A stretch of DNA of 64,000 nt from Selenomonadaceae bacterium (GCA_963621975.1 CAVFGI010000004.1:16357-80356), one strand, 5' to 3'. Positions 10,033 through 19,745 are shown, counted from the first letter of the stretch. Notes: generated from the sequence alone by a model not told the origin. A program made the numbers and translations.

Positions 10033-11115
10033 TTAAAGAAGGACTTCCTTTCCAGTCCTAGCAGATTCATATATTGCTTCCAATATTCTTGTTACAGTAA
10101 AGGCTTCTTCTGGCTTAACAACAGGTTCAGTATCATTAATAATACATTTAAGCCACTGGTCTGCTTCTCTAATTGCAGGAGTTACTACTTTTCCATCAAA
10201 GTAAGCAATGCCACCCTTCTCTGCATTATGCTCATTTGTAAGTAATCCATGATTTGTTCTGTGATAGCAAATATCACCATCAAGATAAACATCTGCACCA
10301 GCTTTTGTTCCGCACAAGCATGTGGAAGCTTCTCTTCCTTTCTCTATATTAAGAACCCATGAAGCCTCTAGCATAACAACAGCACCATTTTTAAACTTAA
10401 TAAAACCAAAAGCAGAATCTTCAACGTTATATTTTTTTGGATCCCATGGACCAAAGAGGTTTGCATCTGGTTGATCTGCCATTTTGTAGAAGGTCTGACC
10501 GGAAACACTGACAGGCTCGTAATTGTTCATCATCCAAAGAGTCATATCCAACGCATGAGTCCCAATGTCAATTAAAGGACCACCACCCTGCTTTTCCTTA
10601 TCAAGGAATACTCCCCAAGTTGGAACACCCTTTCTTCTGAGAGCGTAAGCTTTAGCAAAATAAATATCTCCCAATTCTCCGTTAACGCAAGACTCATGAA
10701 GAGACCAAACTTCTGGACGGAATCTGTTTTGATAGCCTATTGTGAACTTCTTTCCACTTTTTTTCCAAGCATCTAACATTCTTTGAGCATCTTCACTTGA
10801 AGCTGCCATTGGCTTTTCGCTCATAACATGTTTTCCAGCTGCAAATGAATCAACAACTATTTGAGCATGAGATCTATTTGGGGTTAAGACATTAACAACA
10901 TCAATTGTCTTATCTTCCAAGAGTTCTTTGTAGTCCTCATAAACTTTTGCATCTGAGCTACCATATTGTTTTGCAGCCTTTTCTGCTCTCTCTTTAACAA
11001 TATCACAAAAGGCTACCATCTCACATAATTCTGGTAATGCGCTAAGTGCAGGAAGATGTTTCTTTTCTGCAATTCCTCCACATCCAATTAGACCAATACG
11101 AAGTTTTTTATTCAT
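10033..11115 (-). CDS. Gfo/Idh/MocA family NAD(P)-dependent oxidoreductase
   Basis: 360 aa. Rossmann N-terminus LRIGLIGCGGIAEKKHLPAL and the family EKP motif (MSEKPMA). Confidence 0.85.
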   Translation of the reverse strand: MNKKLRIGLIGCGGIAEKKHLPALSALPELCEMVAFCDIVKERAEKAAKQYGSSDAKVYEDYKELLEDKTIDVVNVLTPNRSHAQIVVDSFAAGKHVMSEKPMAASSEDAQRMLDAWKKSGKKFTIGYQNRFRPEVWSLHESCVNGELGDIYFAKAYALRRKGVPTWGVFLDKEKQGGGPLIDIGTHALDMTLWMMNNYEPVSVSGQTFYKMADQPDANLFGPWDPKKYNVEDSAFGFIKFKNGAVVMLEASWVLNIEKGREASTCLCGTKAGADVYLDGDICYHRTNHGLLTNEHNAEKGGIAYFDGKVVTPAIREADQWLKCIINDTEPVVKPEEAFTVTRILEAIYESARTGKEVLL

Positions 11116-11264
11116 ATCTATTCCTCCAATGTATTCTATGCACTTAGATTTTAACTAAGCTTCCTTAGAATACCACCACAAAAGTCCATTTTCAAGAAAA
11201 TTACACTTTTTTAGCATATTTTTTCTGAAATTTAAAAGAAAAATAGTGCTTTTTTTCACAACTG

Positions 11265-11273
11265 TGATATAAT
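11265..11273 (+). promoter_or_regulatory. extended -10 element TGATATAAT upstream of the second LacI gene
   Basis: TGnTATAAT match at 11265-11273, 23 nt upstream of ATG 11297. Confidence 0.4.
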
Positions 11274-11296
11274 ACTTTCTAAGAAGAGGCTTCTAA

Positions 11297-12280
11297 ATGA
11301 AAAAAGTTACATATAAAGACATTTCTAAAAAAACAGGAATATCACTTGCAACTATTTCTCGTATCGTCAAAGGAAACCCAGATGTAAACAAAGACCTTGT
11401 TGTTAAAGTGAAGGAAGCAATTAAAGAACTTGGATATGAAATTCCACCAAAAAAACTGACAGATCAAGGCCCAAACAGATTGATAATCTTGGAAGTCCCA
11501 TCTGTTGTAAACCGCTTTTATACTGAGGTAATTAGAGGCGTAACAGAGAAGGCGTCTTGTTGCAATTATTCTATTCTTCTGCATGAGAGCACGTCAGTTT
11601 CCCCTGTAGAAGAGCTAGTTGATATTGTAAAAAGAACTAAAGCAGCAGGAATTATTTCAGCTATTAACCTTGAAAATGAGAAAGAAATCACAAGCTTAGT
11701 TCCAATTGTTCAATGTTGTGAGAAGAGTTCTAAAGGAACTATTCCATATGTCTCAATTGATGATATTCAAGCAACAATAAGAGCAACAGAACTTCTTTTA
11801 TCACATGGAAATAATAGAATTGCTTTTATCAATGGACCACTTTCATACAGATATGCAATTGATAGACTAAAAGGCTTTGAAATTGCACTAGAAAAAGCAA
11901 ACAAAAAAATCATTCCTCAACTGGTTACATCTCTTTCAGACATTAATTATGACATTGCTTATTCTGCAGCTCACACTCTTTTTTCAAAGGAAAAGAAACC
12001 AGATGCTGTATTTGCTGCAAGTGACATAGTAGCAATTGCCGCTGCAAATGTTGCAAAAAGCTATGGACTTAGAATTCCAGAGGATATAGAAATTATCGGA
12101 TTTGATGATATAGATATTGCAAGAATGACAACACCGGCTTTGACAACTGTTAGACAGCCTTGTTATCAAATGGGATTGAATTGTTGTGAGATGTTAATTG
12201 AACTGATTGAACAAGGGGAAAGCAAATCTAGATATCTACTACTTCCCACTGAATTGATTATAAGAGAGAGTACAAGATAA
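11297..12280 (+). CDS. LacI-family transcriptional regulator
   Basis: 327 aa. HTH VTYKDISKKTGISLATISRIVKG plus a sugar-binding core. Confidence 0.88.
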   Translation: MKKVTYKDISKKTGISLATISRIVKGNPDVNKDLVVKVKEAIKELGYEIPPKKLTDQGPNRLIILEVPSVVNRFYTEVIRGVTEKASCCNYSILLHESTSVSPVEELVDIVKRTKAAGIISAINLENEKEITSLVPIVQCCEKSSKGTIPYVSIDDIQATIRATELLLSHGNNRIAFINGPLSYRYAIDRLKGFEIALEKANKKIIPQLVTSLSDINYDIAYSAAHTLFSKEKKPDAVFAASDIVAIAAANVAKSYGLRIPEDIEIIGFDDIDIARMTTPALTTVRQPCYQMGLNCCEMLIELIEQGESKSRYLLLPTELIIRESTR

Positions 12281-12310
12281 GACTCTGAAAAAAATGGAGA
12301 TTTTTTCACA

Positions 12311-13390
12311 ATGGAAAAAGTAAAAATTGGTATTATTGGTTTTGGGTACATGGGCTACTATCACTATAAGTGGATAGTTCCGGATACAGAAGATTTTGAA
12401 GTTCTTGCTGTCTACGATACAGACCCTTCCAGATTGGATGCTGCACGCACGCTTGGACTCAAAGCTTATGCTACTCTTGAAGATTTTCTTAAGGATGATG
12501 ACTTTAATACTGTTATTGTTAGTGTCCCTAACGATTATCATCTTCCAATAGTTTTGGCGGCTCTTAACGCAGGGAAAAACGTCATTTGCGAGAAACCTGT
12601 TTCTATGAATGCAAGCGAGCTTGAGCAAATGATTGAGTGTAGCAAGAAGAATAACAAAATCTTTACAGTCCATCAAAACAGAAGAAATGATGGTGATTTT
12701 CTCATGGTTAAAGATACTATTGCTTCAAATAAACTTGGAAAAGTTTTTAGAATTGAGAGCCGTGTTGACGGAAGTAATGGAATTCCAAGCGACTGGAGAA
12801 GAGAAAAACAACATGGTGGTGGGATGCTTCTTGACTGGGGACCACACCAAATTGACCAAATTCTAACACTTGTCCAAAGTAAGTTGGTATCTGTTTATGC
12901 TCATCTTTATACCGTTAATTATGAAGTAGATGACAACGACATAATTGAGCTCAATTTTGAAAATGGAATGACTGCATTGGTTGAAACTTTTACATCGGCC
13001 TTTATTCAATACCCACGTTGGCACGTCCTTGGAGATGAAGGTTGCCTTGATATAAAAGAAATAAACGGGGAAGGTCAAATTATTCGTGGAAAAATGAAAG
13101 AAGTTGAGTGGGCTCCTTATCTTATTAATTACAAAGGCCCACTAGACCATAGAAAAGAATCAACCTCTGCAACAAGAACTATGCAGCCAAGACCAGAAGA
13201 AACAATAGAGAGAATTACCGTTCCTGCAGTATCACAGAATTGGCAGTCTTTCTATTATAACTTCTTAGAAGTATTAAACGGCAAGGCAGAACTGGCAGTA
13301 AAGCCAAGTGAAACTCTAAGAGTAATGAGAGTTATTGATCTTGCATTTGAGTCGTCAAAAACAGGAAAGTCTATTTCCTGCAACCTATAA
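12311..13390 (+). CDS. Gfo/Idh/MocA family oxidoreductase
   Basis: 359 aa. VKIGIIGFGYMG Rossmann motif and CEKPVS. Confidence 0.85.
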   Translation: MEKVKIGIIGFGYMGYYHYKWIVPDTEDFEVLAVYDTDPSRLDAARTLGLKAYATLEDFLKDDDFNTVIVSVPNDYHLPIVLAALNAGKNVICEKPVSMNASELEQMIECSKKNNKIFTVHQNRRNDGDFLMVKDTIASNKLGKVFRIESRVDGSNGIPSDWRREKQHGGGMLLDWGPHQIDQILTLVQSKLVSVYAHLYTVNYEVDDNDIIELNFENGMTALVETFTSAFIQYPRWHVLGDEGCLDIKEINGEGQIIRGKMKEVEWAPYLINYKGPLDHRKESTSATRTMQPRPEETIERITVPAVSQNWQSFYYNFLEVLNGKAELAVKPSETLRVMRVIDLAFESSKTGKSISCNL

Positions 13391-13421
13391 TTTGTAAAAA
13401 ACTTATGAAAAGGAGCCTAAA

Positions 13422-14336
13422 ATGAAAATTGGTTTTATTACATCTCTTTTAAATGAATTTACATTTGATGAAGTAATTGATGTAGCCGCAAAGTATGGCT
13501 ATCAATGTGTTGAAGTTGCTTGCTGGCCACATGAGAAAGCAGACAGACGCTACAGCGGAGTTTGCCACATTGATGTTGACAACCTAGATGATAAAACAGC
13601 CGAGCATATTCTAAATAAGTGCAAAGAAGCCAACGTTGAGATTTCTTCTCTTGCATATTATCCCAATACTTTGGAGCCAGATTTGGAAAAGAGGGCAGTC
13701 ATTCTCTCACATCTTTACAAAGTAATTGATGCAAGCAAAAAACTTGGCGTTAACATGGTTACAACCTTTATTGGAAGAGACCCAAAAAAGGACGTTGAAG
13801 AAAACCTAGAAGAGGTCAAAAAGGTCTGGCCGGCAATTGTTAAATATGCAAAAGATCAGGGCGTTAGAATTGCAATAGAAAACTGCCCAATGTTGTTTGA
13901 TGAAGATCAGTGGCCAGGTGGAAAAAATCTATTCAATTCCCCAGTAGTTTGGAGAAAGATAATAGACATAATCAACTCCGATAACTTTGGAATTAACTTT
14001 GATCCAAGCCACTTTGTATGGCAACAATTGGACTATATAAAACCAATTTATGAGTTCAAAGATAAGATGTTCCATATTCATTTCAAAGATATGAAAGTTT
14101 ACCCAGAAAAGATTGCCGAATATGGTATCTTAGCCTATCCACGGAAGTACACAGCAAACAAACTCCCTGGTCTTGGAGATGTAAATTGGAGTAAGTTCGT
14201 ATCTGCTCTCACAGAGATTGGATTTAATGGATATGCCTGTGTAGAAGCTGAAGACCGTTCTTTTGAAGGTTCAACGGAAGATAAACTTAAGAGTCTTGAG
14301 CTTTCAATAAGATATTTATCTCAGTTTGTAATCTAA
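13422..14336 (+). CDS. sugar phosphate isomerase/epimerase (xylose isomerase-like TIM barrel)
   Basis: 304 aa. GYQCVEV, IAIENCP, NFDPSHF and HIHFKD segments typical of the AP-endonuclease-2/xylose-isomerase-like fold. Confidence 0.75.
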   Translation: MKIGFITSLLNEFTFDEVIDVAAKYGYQCVEVACWPHEKADRRYSGVCHIDVDNLDDKTAEHILNKCKEANVEISSLAYYPNTLEPDLEKRAVILSHLYKVIDASKKLGVNMVTTFIGRDPKKDVEENLEEVKKVWPAIVKYAKDQGVRIAIENCPMLFDEDQWPGGKNLFNSPVVWRKIIDIINSDNFGINFDPSHFVWQQLDYIKPIYEFKDKMFHIHFKDMKVYPEKIAEYGILAYPRKYTANKLPGLGDVNWSKFVSALTEIGFNGYACVEAEDRSFEGSTEDKLKSLELSIRYLSQFVI

Positions 14337-14356
14337 ATCCAACACAAAAAAAATAG

Positions 14357-14400
14357 GAAAAGCCTTTGCTAGAAAAATCTCAAGCAAAGGCTTTTCTTTT
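14357..14400. terminator. bidirectional rho-independent terminator (14-bp stem GAAAAGCCTTTGCT / AGCAAAGGCTTTTC)
   Basis: Arms 14357-14370 and 14383-14396. An A-run lies upstream and TTTT downstream, between convergent genes. Confidence 0.75.
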
Positions 14401-14413
14401 ATCCTTTTATAGA

Positions 14414-14439
14414 TTTTGCAAAACTTTTGCAAAAACCTC
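14414..14439. repeat. two 11-bp-phased TTTTGCAAAA units ending in ...AAACCTC, abutting the MBL-gene stop codon
   Basis: The + strand reads TTTTGCAAAAC-TTTTGCAAAAACCTC. Member of the dispersed palindrome family. Confidence 0.6.
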
Positions 14440-15263
14440 TATTCAATTGGGTCTGAAGCAATCATTTCATAGTACTTTTTAAGGCGCAAATCCAGCATCT
14501 TATCCCAATAGGTTTTATCAACAAAGGGATTGCCCTCAACTTGTCCAACTAAAGCTTCTTTCTCAAAAGTCTCAGCCTGTCCAGGATGATTGCCAAGAAC
14601 AACATCAACAACAAGTCCCTTAAGTTTCTTTAAAGTGTTTTCATAGTCAACACGACATTTAGGATCTAGGTTTAATTCTTTGATAAACTTAGAATTTAGT
14701 GTATTTAGACCTACTCCTCCATGCATTGCCGCAATTAATCCACTTGGCAATGTAATAAAATATGCCATAGTTCCAGGAGTGTGGCCTGGGGCAGCTACAG
14801 CCTTAATTGTTGTGTTTCCAAAAGTTAAAACATCACCATCATTTACAGGAACATCAACATCAAAGTATGTGTCATATGGGGGTTCATAATTATAACCCGC
14901 TCTTGTAGTCAAATTTAAAACAGGCGTTTCAGCAAGGTATGGAATATCCATCGCTGGCATATAGGTTTTGGCACCATATTTCTCAACTATAAGTCTGGTT
15001 GCTCCAAAATGATCATAATGACAATGGGAATGAAGAATCCATTTAATATCCTTGGGATTAAAACCAAGTTCCCTTATAGATTCCAAAAGTAAATAGGAAG
15101 TCTGTAAATAAGTTGTATCCAACAGAAGAAGCCCATCTTCTGTATCAAATAAATGCGATGATACAGATTTATTTCCAACATAATAAACATTATCTACAAT
15201 GTGAAAAGGTTTCACATCATACAACCATGGTGAACGAGTCACTTTTTCGCCATTATTTGCCAT
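14439..15263 (-). CDS. MBL-fold metallo-hydrolase
   Basis: 274 aa with the HxHxDH motif (HSHCHYDH) and downstream His/Asp ligands (APGHTPG). Confidence 0.85.
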   Translation of the reverse strand: MANNGEKVTRSPWLYDVKPFHIVDNVYYVGNKSVSSHLFDTEDGLLLLDTTYLQTSYLLLESIRELGFNPKDIKWILHSHCHYDHFGATRLIVEKYGAKTYMPAMDIPYLAETPVLNLTTRAGYNYEPPYDTYFDVDVPVNDGDVLTFGNTTIKAVAAPGHTPGTMAYFITLPSGLIAAMHGGVGLNTLNSKFIKELNLDPKCRVDYENTLKKLKGLVVDVVLGNHPGQAETFEKEALVGQVEGNPFVDKTYWDKMLDLRLKKYYEMIASDPIE

Positions 15264-15283
15264 TCTTTCCCCTTTAAGCTCTT

Positions 15284-15318
15284 AAAAAATTAAACTGCAC
15301 ACTTGGTGCAGTTTAATT
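15284..15318 (-). terminator. rho-independent terminator after the ABC SBP gene (13-bp stem AATTAAACTGCAC / GTGCAGTTTAATT plus a T-run)
   Basis: Arms 15288-15300 and 15306-15318. On the - strand the hairpin is followed by TTTTTT. Confidence 0.65.
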
Positions 15319-15342
15319 GCATTTAGTATTTAATAATCTACT

Positions 15343-16689
15343 TTATCTATCAACTTTTGGGAACTGCTTAGATGCATTCTCAACCATCTGAGCTACTGCA
15401 GACTCTGGAGTTCCTTTTCCTTCAAGAATAAGAGCAGAAAGAGGTGCTTTTATACAACCAGGAAGGTTTGGTTTATAAAGAGAGAATGGAAGTTCACAAC
15501 CATAATTTAAAACTCCCTCATAACCAACCTTGTATTCTGGATTCTCTGCCCAATATGCCTGCATCTCATCACTCTCAGCTGCTGACTTTGTAGAAACAAC
15601 ACAACCAGATGTCTTTGCAATCTTTGTAACTTGCTCGTCTGATTCAAGGAATTCAATGAATCTCCAAGCTGCATCCAATTGCTCTTTAGAATTTGAAGCT
15701 GCAATCATGGCAATGTTTGTTCCACTAAGAGGAACCTTTGTAACTCCATTGTACCAACCAGGGAAAGAAACAACACCTAGATTAAAACCAAGTTCCTTAG
15801 CTGCCTGAACATAAGCTCCTGTATTAGCAGCAGAATTCAAGAAAGCTCCAATACGACCATTAAACAAATCAGAAGACATAACAGAAGAAGAATTTGATGT
15901 TGGGTACTTTGAAATCCAACCTTCGTCAATACCTCTCTTCCACCATGTTAGGAGTTCCAACATAGAACCATCGGTCAACATGACAGGATTTGTTCCTTCA
16001 TCTGCAATAACTTCAGAACCAATTGCAGCACAAATAGGATATTCTACAGAGAAATCGTGATGGAAGCATAAACCAGAAACAAGGACTGTTCCATTGTCAG
16101 AAACCTTTGTGATAGCCTTTGCTGCTGCTTCTACATCTGCCCAAGTCTTTGGTTCAGGATAACTTGCTTCAGTGAACAAATCTTTGTTATAGAAAAGATT
16201 GAACGTTGTTCTAATAAATGGAAGGGAGATGATTTCTCCGTCTGGTGAATATGAGAAACCTGTTAAGGCATCAACAAAATTGTCCATATCAACAACATTG
16301 GAATTCTCAATGTACTCTGTCATATCACAAAGAATACCCTCATCCCAGTATGTAGGAATATTGTTTGATCTTTCACCCTGGATAATCTGAGCAACTTCCT
16401 CACCTGCAGCTAATGATGCTAGGACCTTTGTCTTAATGTCTGTATAACCACCCTGATAAGTTCCTACAACAACAATACCCTCTTCTTTTCCAATTGTATT
16501 GTTAAAATCATCAATAATTGCATTAAGAGTATCTGCATTTGCTCCAACATTTAAACTATGCCAGAAATTAACAACAACTGGTTCTTTTTTCTCTGCTTCA
16601 GTAGAAGAAGTTGTCTCTGAAGTACCATTTGCATAAACCGCAAAAAGAGAAAGAAGGACAACAAGAACCAAAATTAAACTTTTTTTCAT
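15343..16689 (-). CDS. ABC transporter extracellular solute-binding protein (family 1, oligosaccharide type)
   Basis: Preferred start is ATG 16689 (MKKSLILVLVVLLSLFAVYANG, a signal peptide) after RBS AAGGGGG. MalE/UgpB-like length and composition. Confidence 0.8.
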   Translation of the reverse strand: MKKSLILVLVVLLSLFAVYANGTSETTSSTEAEKKEPVVVNFWHSLNVGANADTLNAIIDDFNNTIGKEEGIVVVGTYQGGYTDIKTKVLASLAAGEEVAQIIQGERSNNIPTYWDEGILCDMTEYIENSNVVDMDNFVDALTGFSYSPDGEIISLPFIRTTFNLFYNKDLFTEASYPEPKTWADVEAAAKAITKVSDNGTVLVSGLCFHHDFSVEYPICAAIGSEVIADEGTNPVMLTDGSMLELLTWWKRGIDEGWISKYPTSNSSSVMSSDLFNGRIGAFLNSAANTGAYVQAAKELGFNLGVVSFPGWYNGVTKVPLSGTNIAMIAASNSKEQLDAAWRFIEFLESDEQVTKIAKTSGCVVSTKSAAESDEMQAYWAENPEYKVGYEGVLNYGCELPFSLYKPNLPGCIKAPLSALILEGKGTPESAVAQMVENASKQFPKVDR

Positions 16690-16724
16690 AAAAGCCCCCT
16701 TATTATATTCCAACAGCAAAGCTG

Positions 16725-17573
16725 TTATTTAACACCCTTATAACCATAGGTCTTAACGATATTTTTATTGGCAATAATGTAAACAATCATTATTGGAGCA
16801 ATAAAAACAAGGTTTGCAGCCATAACTGCATTCCACTTAACTCCTTCACCATCAGGAGTCATTGTAGAAACCTGTTTAACAAATATAGAAAGCGGTCTCA
16901 CCTTGTCAGACTGAGTTATAACCAACGGCCAGAAATAGGAATTCCAGTGTCCAACAAAAGAGAACAAAGCAAGAGTAACTAACGTTGCTTTCATCATTGG
17001 AACTAGAATAGAAACAAGTAACTTCCACTCGCTAGCTCCATCTAGTCTTGCGCTTTCAATAATCTCGTTTGATACTTGCTTAAAATTCTGACGCAATAAG
17101 AAAATACCAAAAGCATATGCACCAAAAGGTAAAATCTGAGGCCAAAGAGTATTAATCAGTTTTGCTTTAGCCATTACCATATAAGTTGTAATGAAAGTTA
17201 CCTGACTTGGCATCATAAGAGCAGAAAGAACAATTGCAAAAAACGAACTTTTAAAATAAAACTCATGCTTTGCAAAAGCATAACCAGCAGGAATAGCAAC
17301 TATTAGTTGAAGGATAATTACACTTGCTGTTACAACAAGAGTGTTTTTCAAATACAACCAAATGTTTAAATTCAAATCCACCAAAAAATACTTATATCCG
17401 GCCAGTGTCCAAGTTTTTGGAAAAAGAGAATATGAATTTGCCATAGTCTCAGTTTGAGTTTTAAATGAAGTTGTAATTAAAACCCAAAAAGGGAAAAGAA
17501 AGATAAGTGTAAATAATACTTTTATCACACTAGAAATGATCTGACGTGTTCGTGCCTTTTGAAAATCTGTCAT
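16725..17573 (-). CDS. carbohydrate ABC transporter permease (MalG-like)
   Basis: 282 aa, 6 predicted TM segments, EAA loop ESARLDGASEWKLLVSILVP. Confidence 0.9.
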   Translation of the reverse strand: MTDFQKARTRQIISSVIKVLFTLIFLFPFWVLITTSFKTQTETMANSYSLFPKTWTLAGYKYFLVDLNLNIWLYLKNTLVVTASVIILQLIVAIPAGYAFAKHEFYFKSSFFAIVLSALMMPSQVTFITTYMVMAKAKLINTLWPQILPFGAYAFGIFLLRQNFKQVSNEIIESARLDGASEWKLLVSILVPMMKATLVTLALFSFVGHWNSYFWPLVITQSDKVRPLSIFVKQVSTMTPDGEGVKWNAVMAANLVFIAPIMIVYIIANKNIVKTYGYKGVK

Positions 17574-17591
17574 TCTATTTTCCCCCTTTCT

Positions 17592-18695
17592 CTATTCGTA
17601 ATGAACTTTCCTATCAAGCATACGGAAATAGAAGATTGATAAGAAACCAAGAATAATGACAAATACAATACTAACTGCAGCAGAATCACCAATCGTATTA
17701 TTGGAAACATTTGTAAGATGATATATGTATCTTGTAATGACTTCTGTTGAAGTTCCAGGACCACCATCTGTCATGATATTAACAACATCAAAAACCTTGA
17801 AAGAACCAATTGTGGTTGTAATTAAAAGGAAGAACAATTGTGGTGTTAACATTGGTAAGGTTATCTTGAAGAAGGTTCTAGAAGAAGTTGAGCCATCAAG
17901 TTCTGCTGCCTCATAAATTTCAGAAGGGATAGCCTTCATTGCAGACAAAATAATAATTGCACGGTATCCAACATTCTTCCATACGCTAACAAAAATGATA
18001 CAGCCTAAAGCGGTTTTTGATGAATCTAACCATTCCACTGGAGCAATTCCAAAAACTCCCAACAAAGTATTGAATGCACCATAGGAGTGAGAGTTAAACA
18101 TCCAGCTAAAGACAAAAGCAACGGATATTGATGCAATTAGGTGTGGTGCGTAGATTGAAATCTGCATAAAACGGTTTACTTTGTTGTCTTTAAACACCCA
18201 AAGTGCAAAAAGAACAGCAAGAGAAAGCTCAATTACAACTATTGAAGCAGTATAAATTAGAGTATTTTTTATTGATGCCCAAAAATTTATATCCGTTCTG
18301 AGATTTCTAAAATTTTGAAGTCCTACAAATTTTTTTGTTGAATTCAGAATACTGCCTTTAAACAAACTCAGATATATAAGGTTAATCAAAGGATAAACAA
18401 CAAAAATTGCAAGAAAAGTAATTGCAGGAAGGATAAAGAGATAAGGTATAAAGTCTCCCCATCTAAATCTGCCATTAAATGCAATATTCCCATAGAAAAT
18501 TGAAGCAAAAAATAGCACAATTCCAACACCAATAAATGCATACCTACCATTAATAATAGCAGAAGTAAATGCATTTTCAGGAATGGGTGCATTTGCGGTC
18601 TTAATTTTCAAACCATAAAAACCAGCAACAAAAAGTATAATTCCAAACCAAGTCACTAAGTTTAAGGGTTTAACAGTTTTGGAAAGATCTTTCAT
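17592..18695 (-). CDS. carbohydrate ABC transporter permease (MalF-like, N-terminally extended)
   Basis: 367 aa, EAA loop EAAELDGSTSSRTFFKITLP. 4-nt ATGA overlap with the upstream ATPase gene. Confidence 0.9.
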   Translation of the reverse strand: MKDLSKTVKPLNLVTWFGIILFVAGFYGLKIKTANAPIPENAFTSAIINGRYAFIGVGIVLFFASIFYGNIAFNGRFRWGDFIPYLFILPAITFLAIFVVYPLINLIYLSLFKGSILNSTKKFVGLQNFRNLRTDINFWASIKNTLIYTASIVVIELSLAVLFALWVFKDNKVNRFMQISIYAPHLIASISVAFVFSWMFNSHSYGAFNTLLGVFGIAPVEWLDSSKTALGCIIFVSVWKNVGYRAIIILSAMKAIPSEIYEAAELDGSTSSRTFFKITLPMLTPQLFFLLITTTIGSFKVFDVVNIMTDGGPGTSTEVITRYIYHLTNVSNNTIGDSAAVSIVFVIILGFLSIFYFRMLDRKVHYE

Positions 18696-19744
18696 TTAAC
18701 CCCTCCACAAGCAATTTCAAAACACTTTTGAAATCTTGAATCTTCCTTATTAATTCTTAATTCATCTGAGCCAAAGAAATACATATCTTCAGGTACAACA
18801 GAAATCCAAACTTTTTCATCACCCTTAAAGTCATGTGCTGGAATTTTAACCATAACGGAGACATTGCCATTTGAAACCTTATACTGAGTGTCATCTCCCA
18901 ACATTTCGCGTGTAACAATTGTTCCTTCCATTGCAAAGCATTTGTCAGAAGGTTTGTCTTTTGTGAGTCTAATACGCTCTGGTCTGAAACCAAGTTTATT
19001 TCCATCAGCACCAAGCTCCAAAATATTCATTGGAGGTGTACCAATAAATCTTGCAGTAAAAACATTTGCTGGATTGTAATACAAGTCTTCAGGACTACCA
19101 ATTTGTTGAATAACACCTTTCTCCATGAGAACAATAGTGTCTGCCATAGACATAGCTTCAATCTGGTCATGTGTGACATATACAAAAGTGGAGCCAAGTC
19201 TCTTATGAAGTTCCTTAAGTTCAACTCTCATAGCAGCTCTAAGTTTTGCATCAAGGTTTGACAAAGGTTCATCCATTAAGAAAACTGCTGGTTTCTTAAC
19301 CATAGCACGAGCCAGTGCAATTCTTTGACGTTGTCCACCAGAAAGTTCATTAGGTTTACGATCAAGATAAGGCGTCATATCAACAGTTTCTGCACACTCT
19401 TTGATAAGTCTCTCTCTTTCTTCTTTTGGAACCTTTCTGTTCTTCAAACCAAATTCAATATTCTGCCTAACAGTCATTGTTGGGTATATTGCATAATTCT
19501 GGAAAACCATTGCAATATCACGTTTTGCAGGGGCAACTTGAGAAACTTCTTTGCCGTCAATGTAAATTTCACCAGAAGTTGCAGGACCAATACCTGCAAT
19601 AATTCTCAAAAGAGTTGTTTTCCCACAACCTGAAGAACCAATAAGAACAGTAAATTTTCCGTCTTCAATCTCCAAGTTCAAATTCTCAATAACTTTTGTT
19701 TCACCAAAAGATTTGCAGATGTTCTTAAATACAATCTGACCCAT
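18692..19744 (-). CDS. ABC transporter ATP-binding protein (MalK/UgpC type)
   Basis: 350 aa. Walker A GSSGCGKTT, signature LSGGQRQR, Walker B VFLMDEPLSNLD, C-terminal regulatory (TOBE-like) domain. Confidence 0.95.
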   Translation of the reverse strand: MGQIVFKNICKSFGETKVIENLNLEIEDGKFTVLIGSSGCGKTTLLRIIAGIGPATSGEIYIDGKEVSQVAPAKRDIAMVFQNYAIYPTMTVRQNIEFGLKNRKVPKEERERLIKECAETVDMTPYLDRKPNELSGGQRQRIALARAMVKKPAVFLMDEPLSNLDAKLRAAMRVELKELHKRLGSTFVYVTHDQIEAMSMADTIVLMEKGVIQQIGSPEDLYYNPANVFTARFIGTPPMNILELGADGNKLGFRPERIRLTKDKPSDKCFAMEGTIVTREMLGDDTQYKVSNGNVSVMVKIPAHDFKGDEKVWISVVPEDMYFFGSDELRINKEDSRFQKCFEIACGGVK

Positions 19745-19745
19745 C

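Noticed and set aside
11143-11168. CTTAG-N7-CTAAG-N4-CTTAG repeats as the operator of the second LacI regulator
   Set aside because: The arms are only 5 bp, the spacing is irregular and there is no central CG typical of LacI operators. This is too weak to call.
12239-12676. 145-aa - strand ORF spanning the LacI/oxidoreductase junction
   Set aside because: It is antisense to two well-supported genes, has no RBS and has a low-complexity composition.
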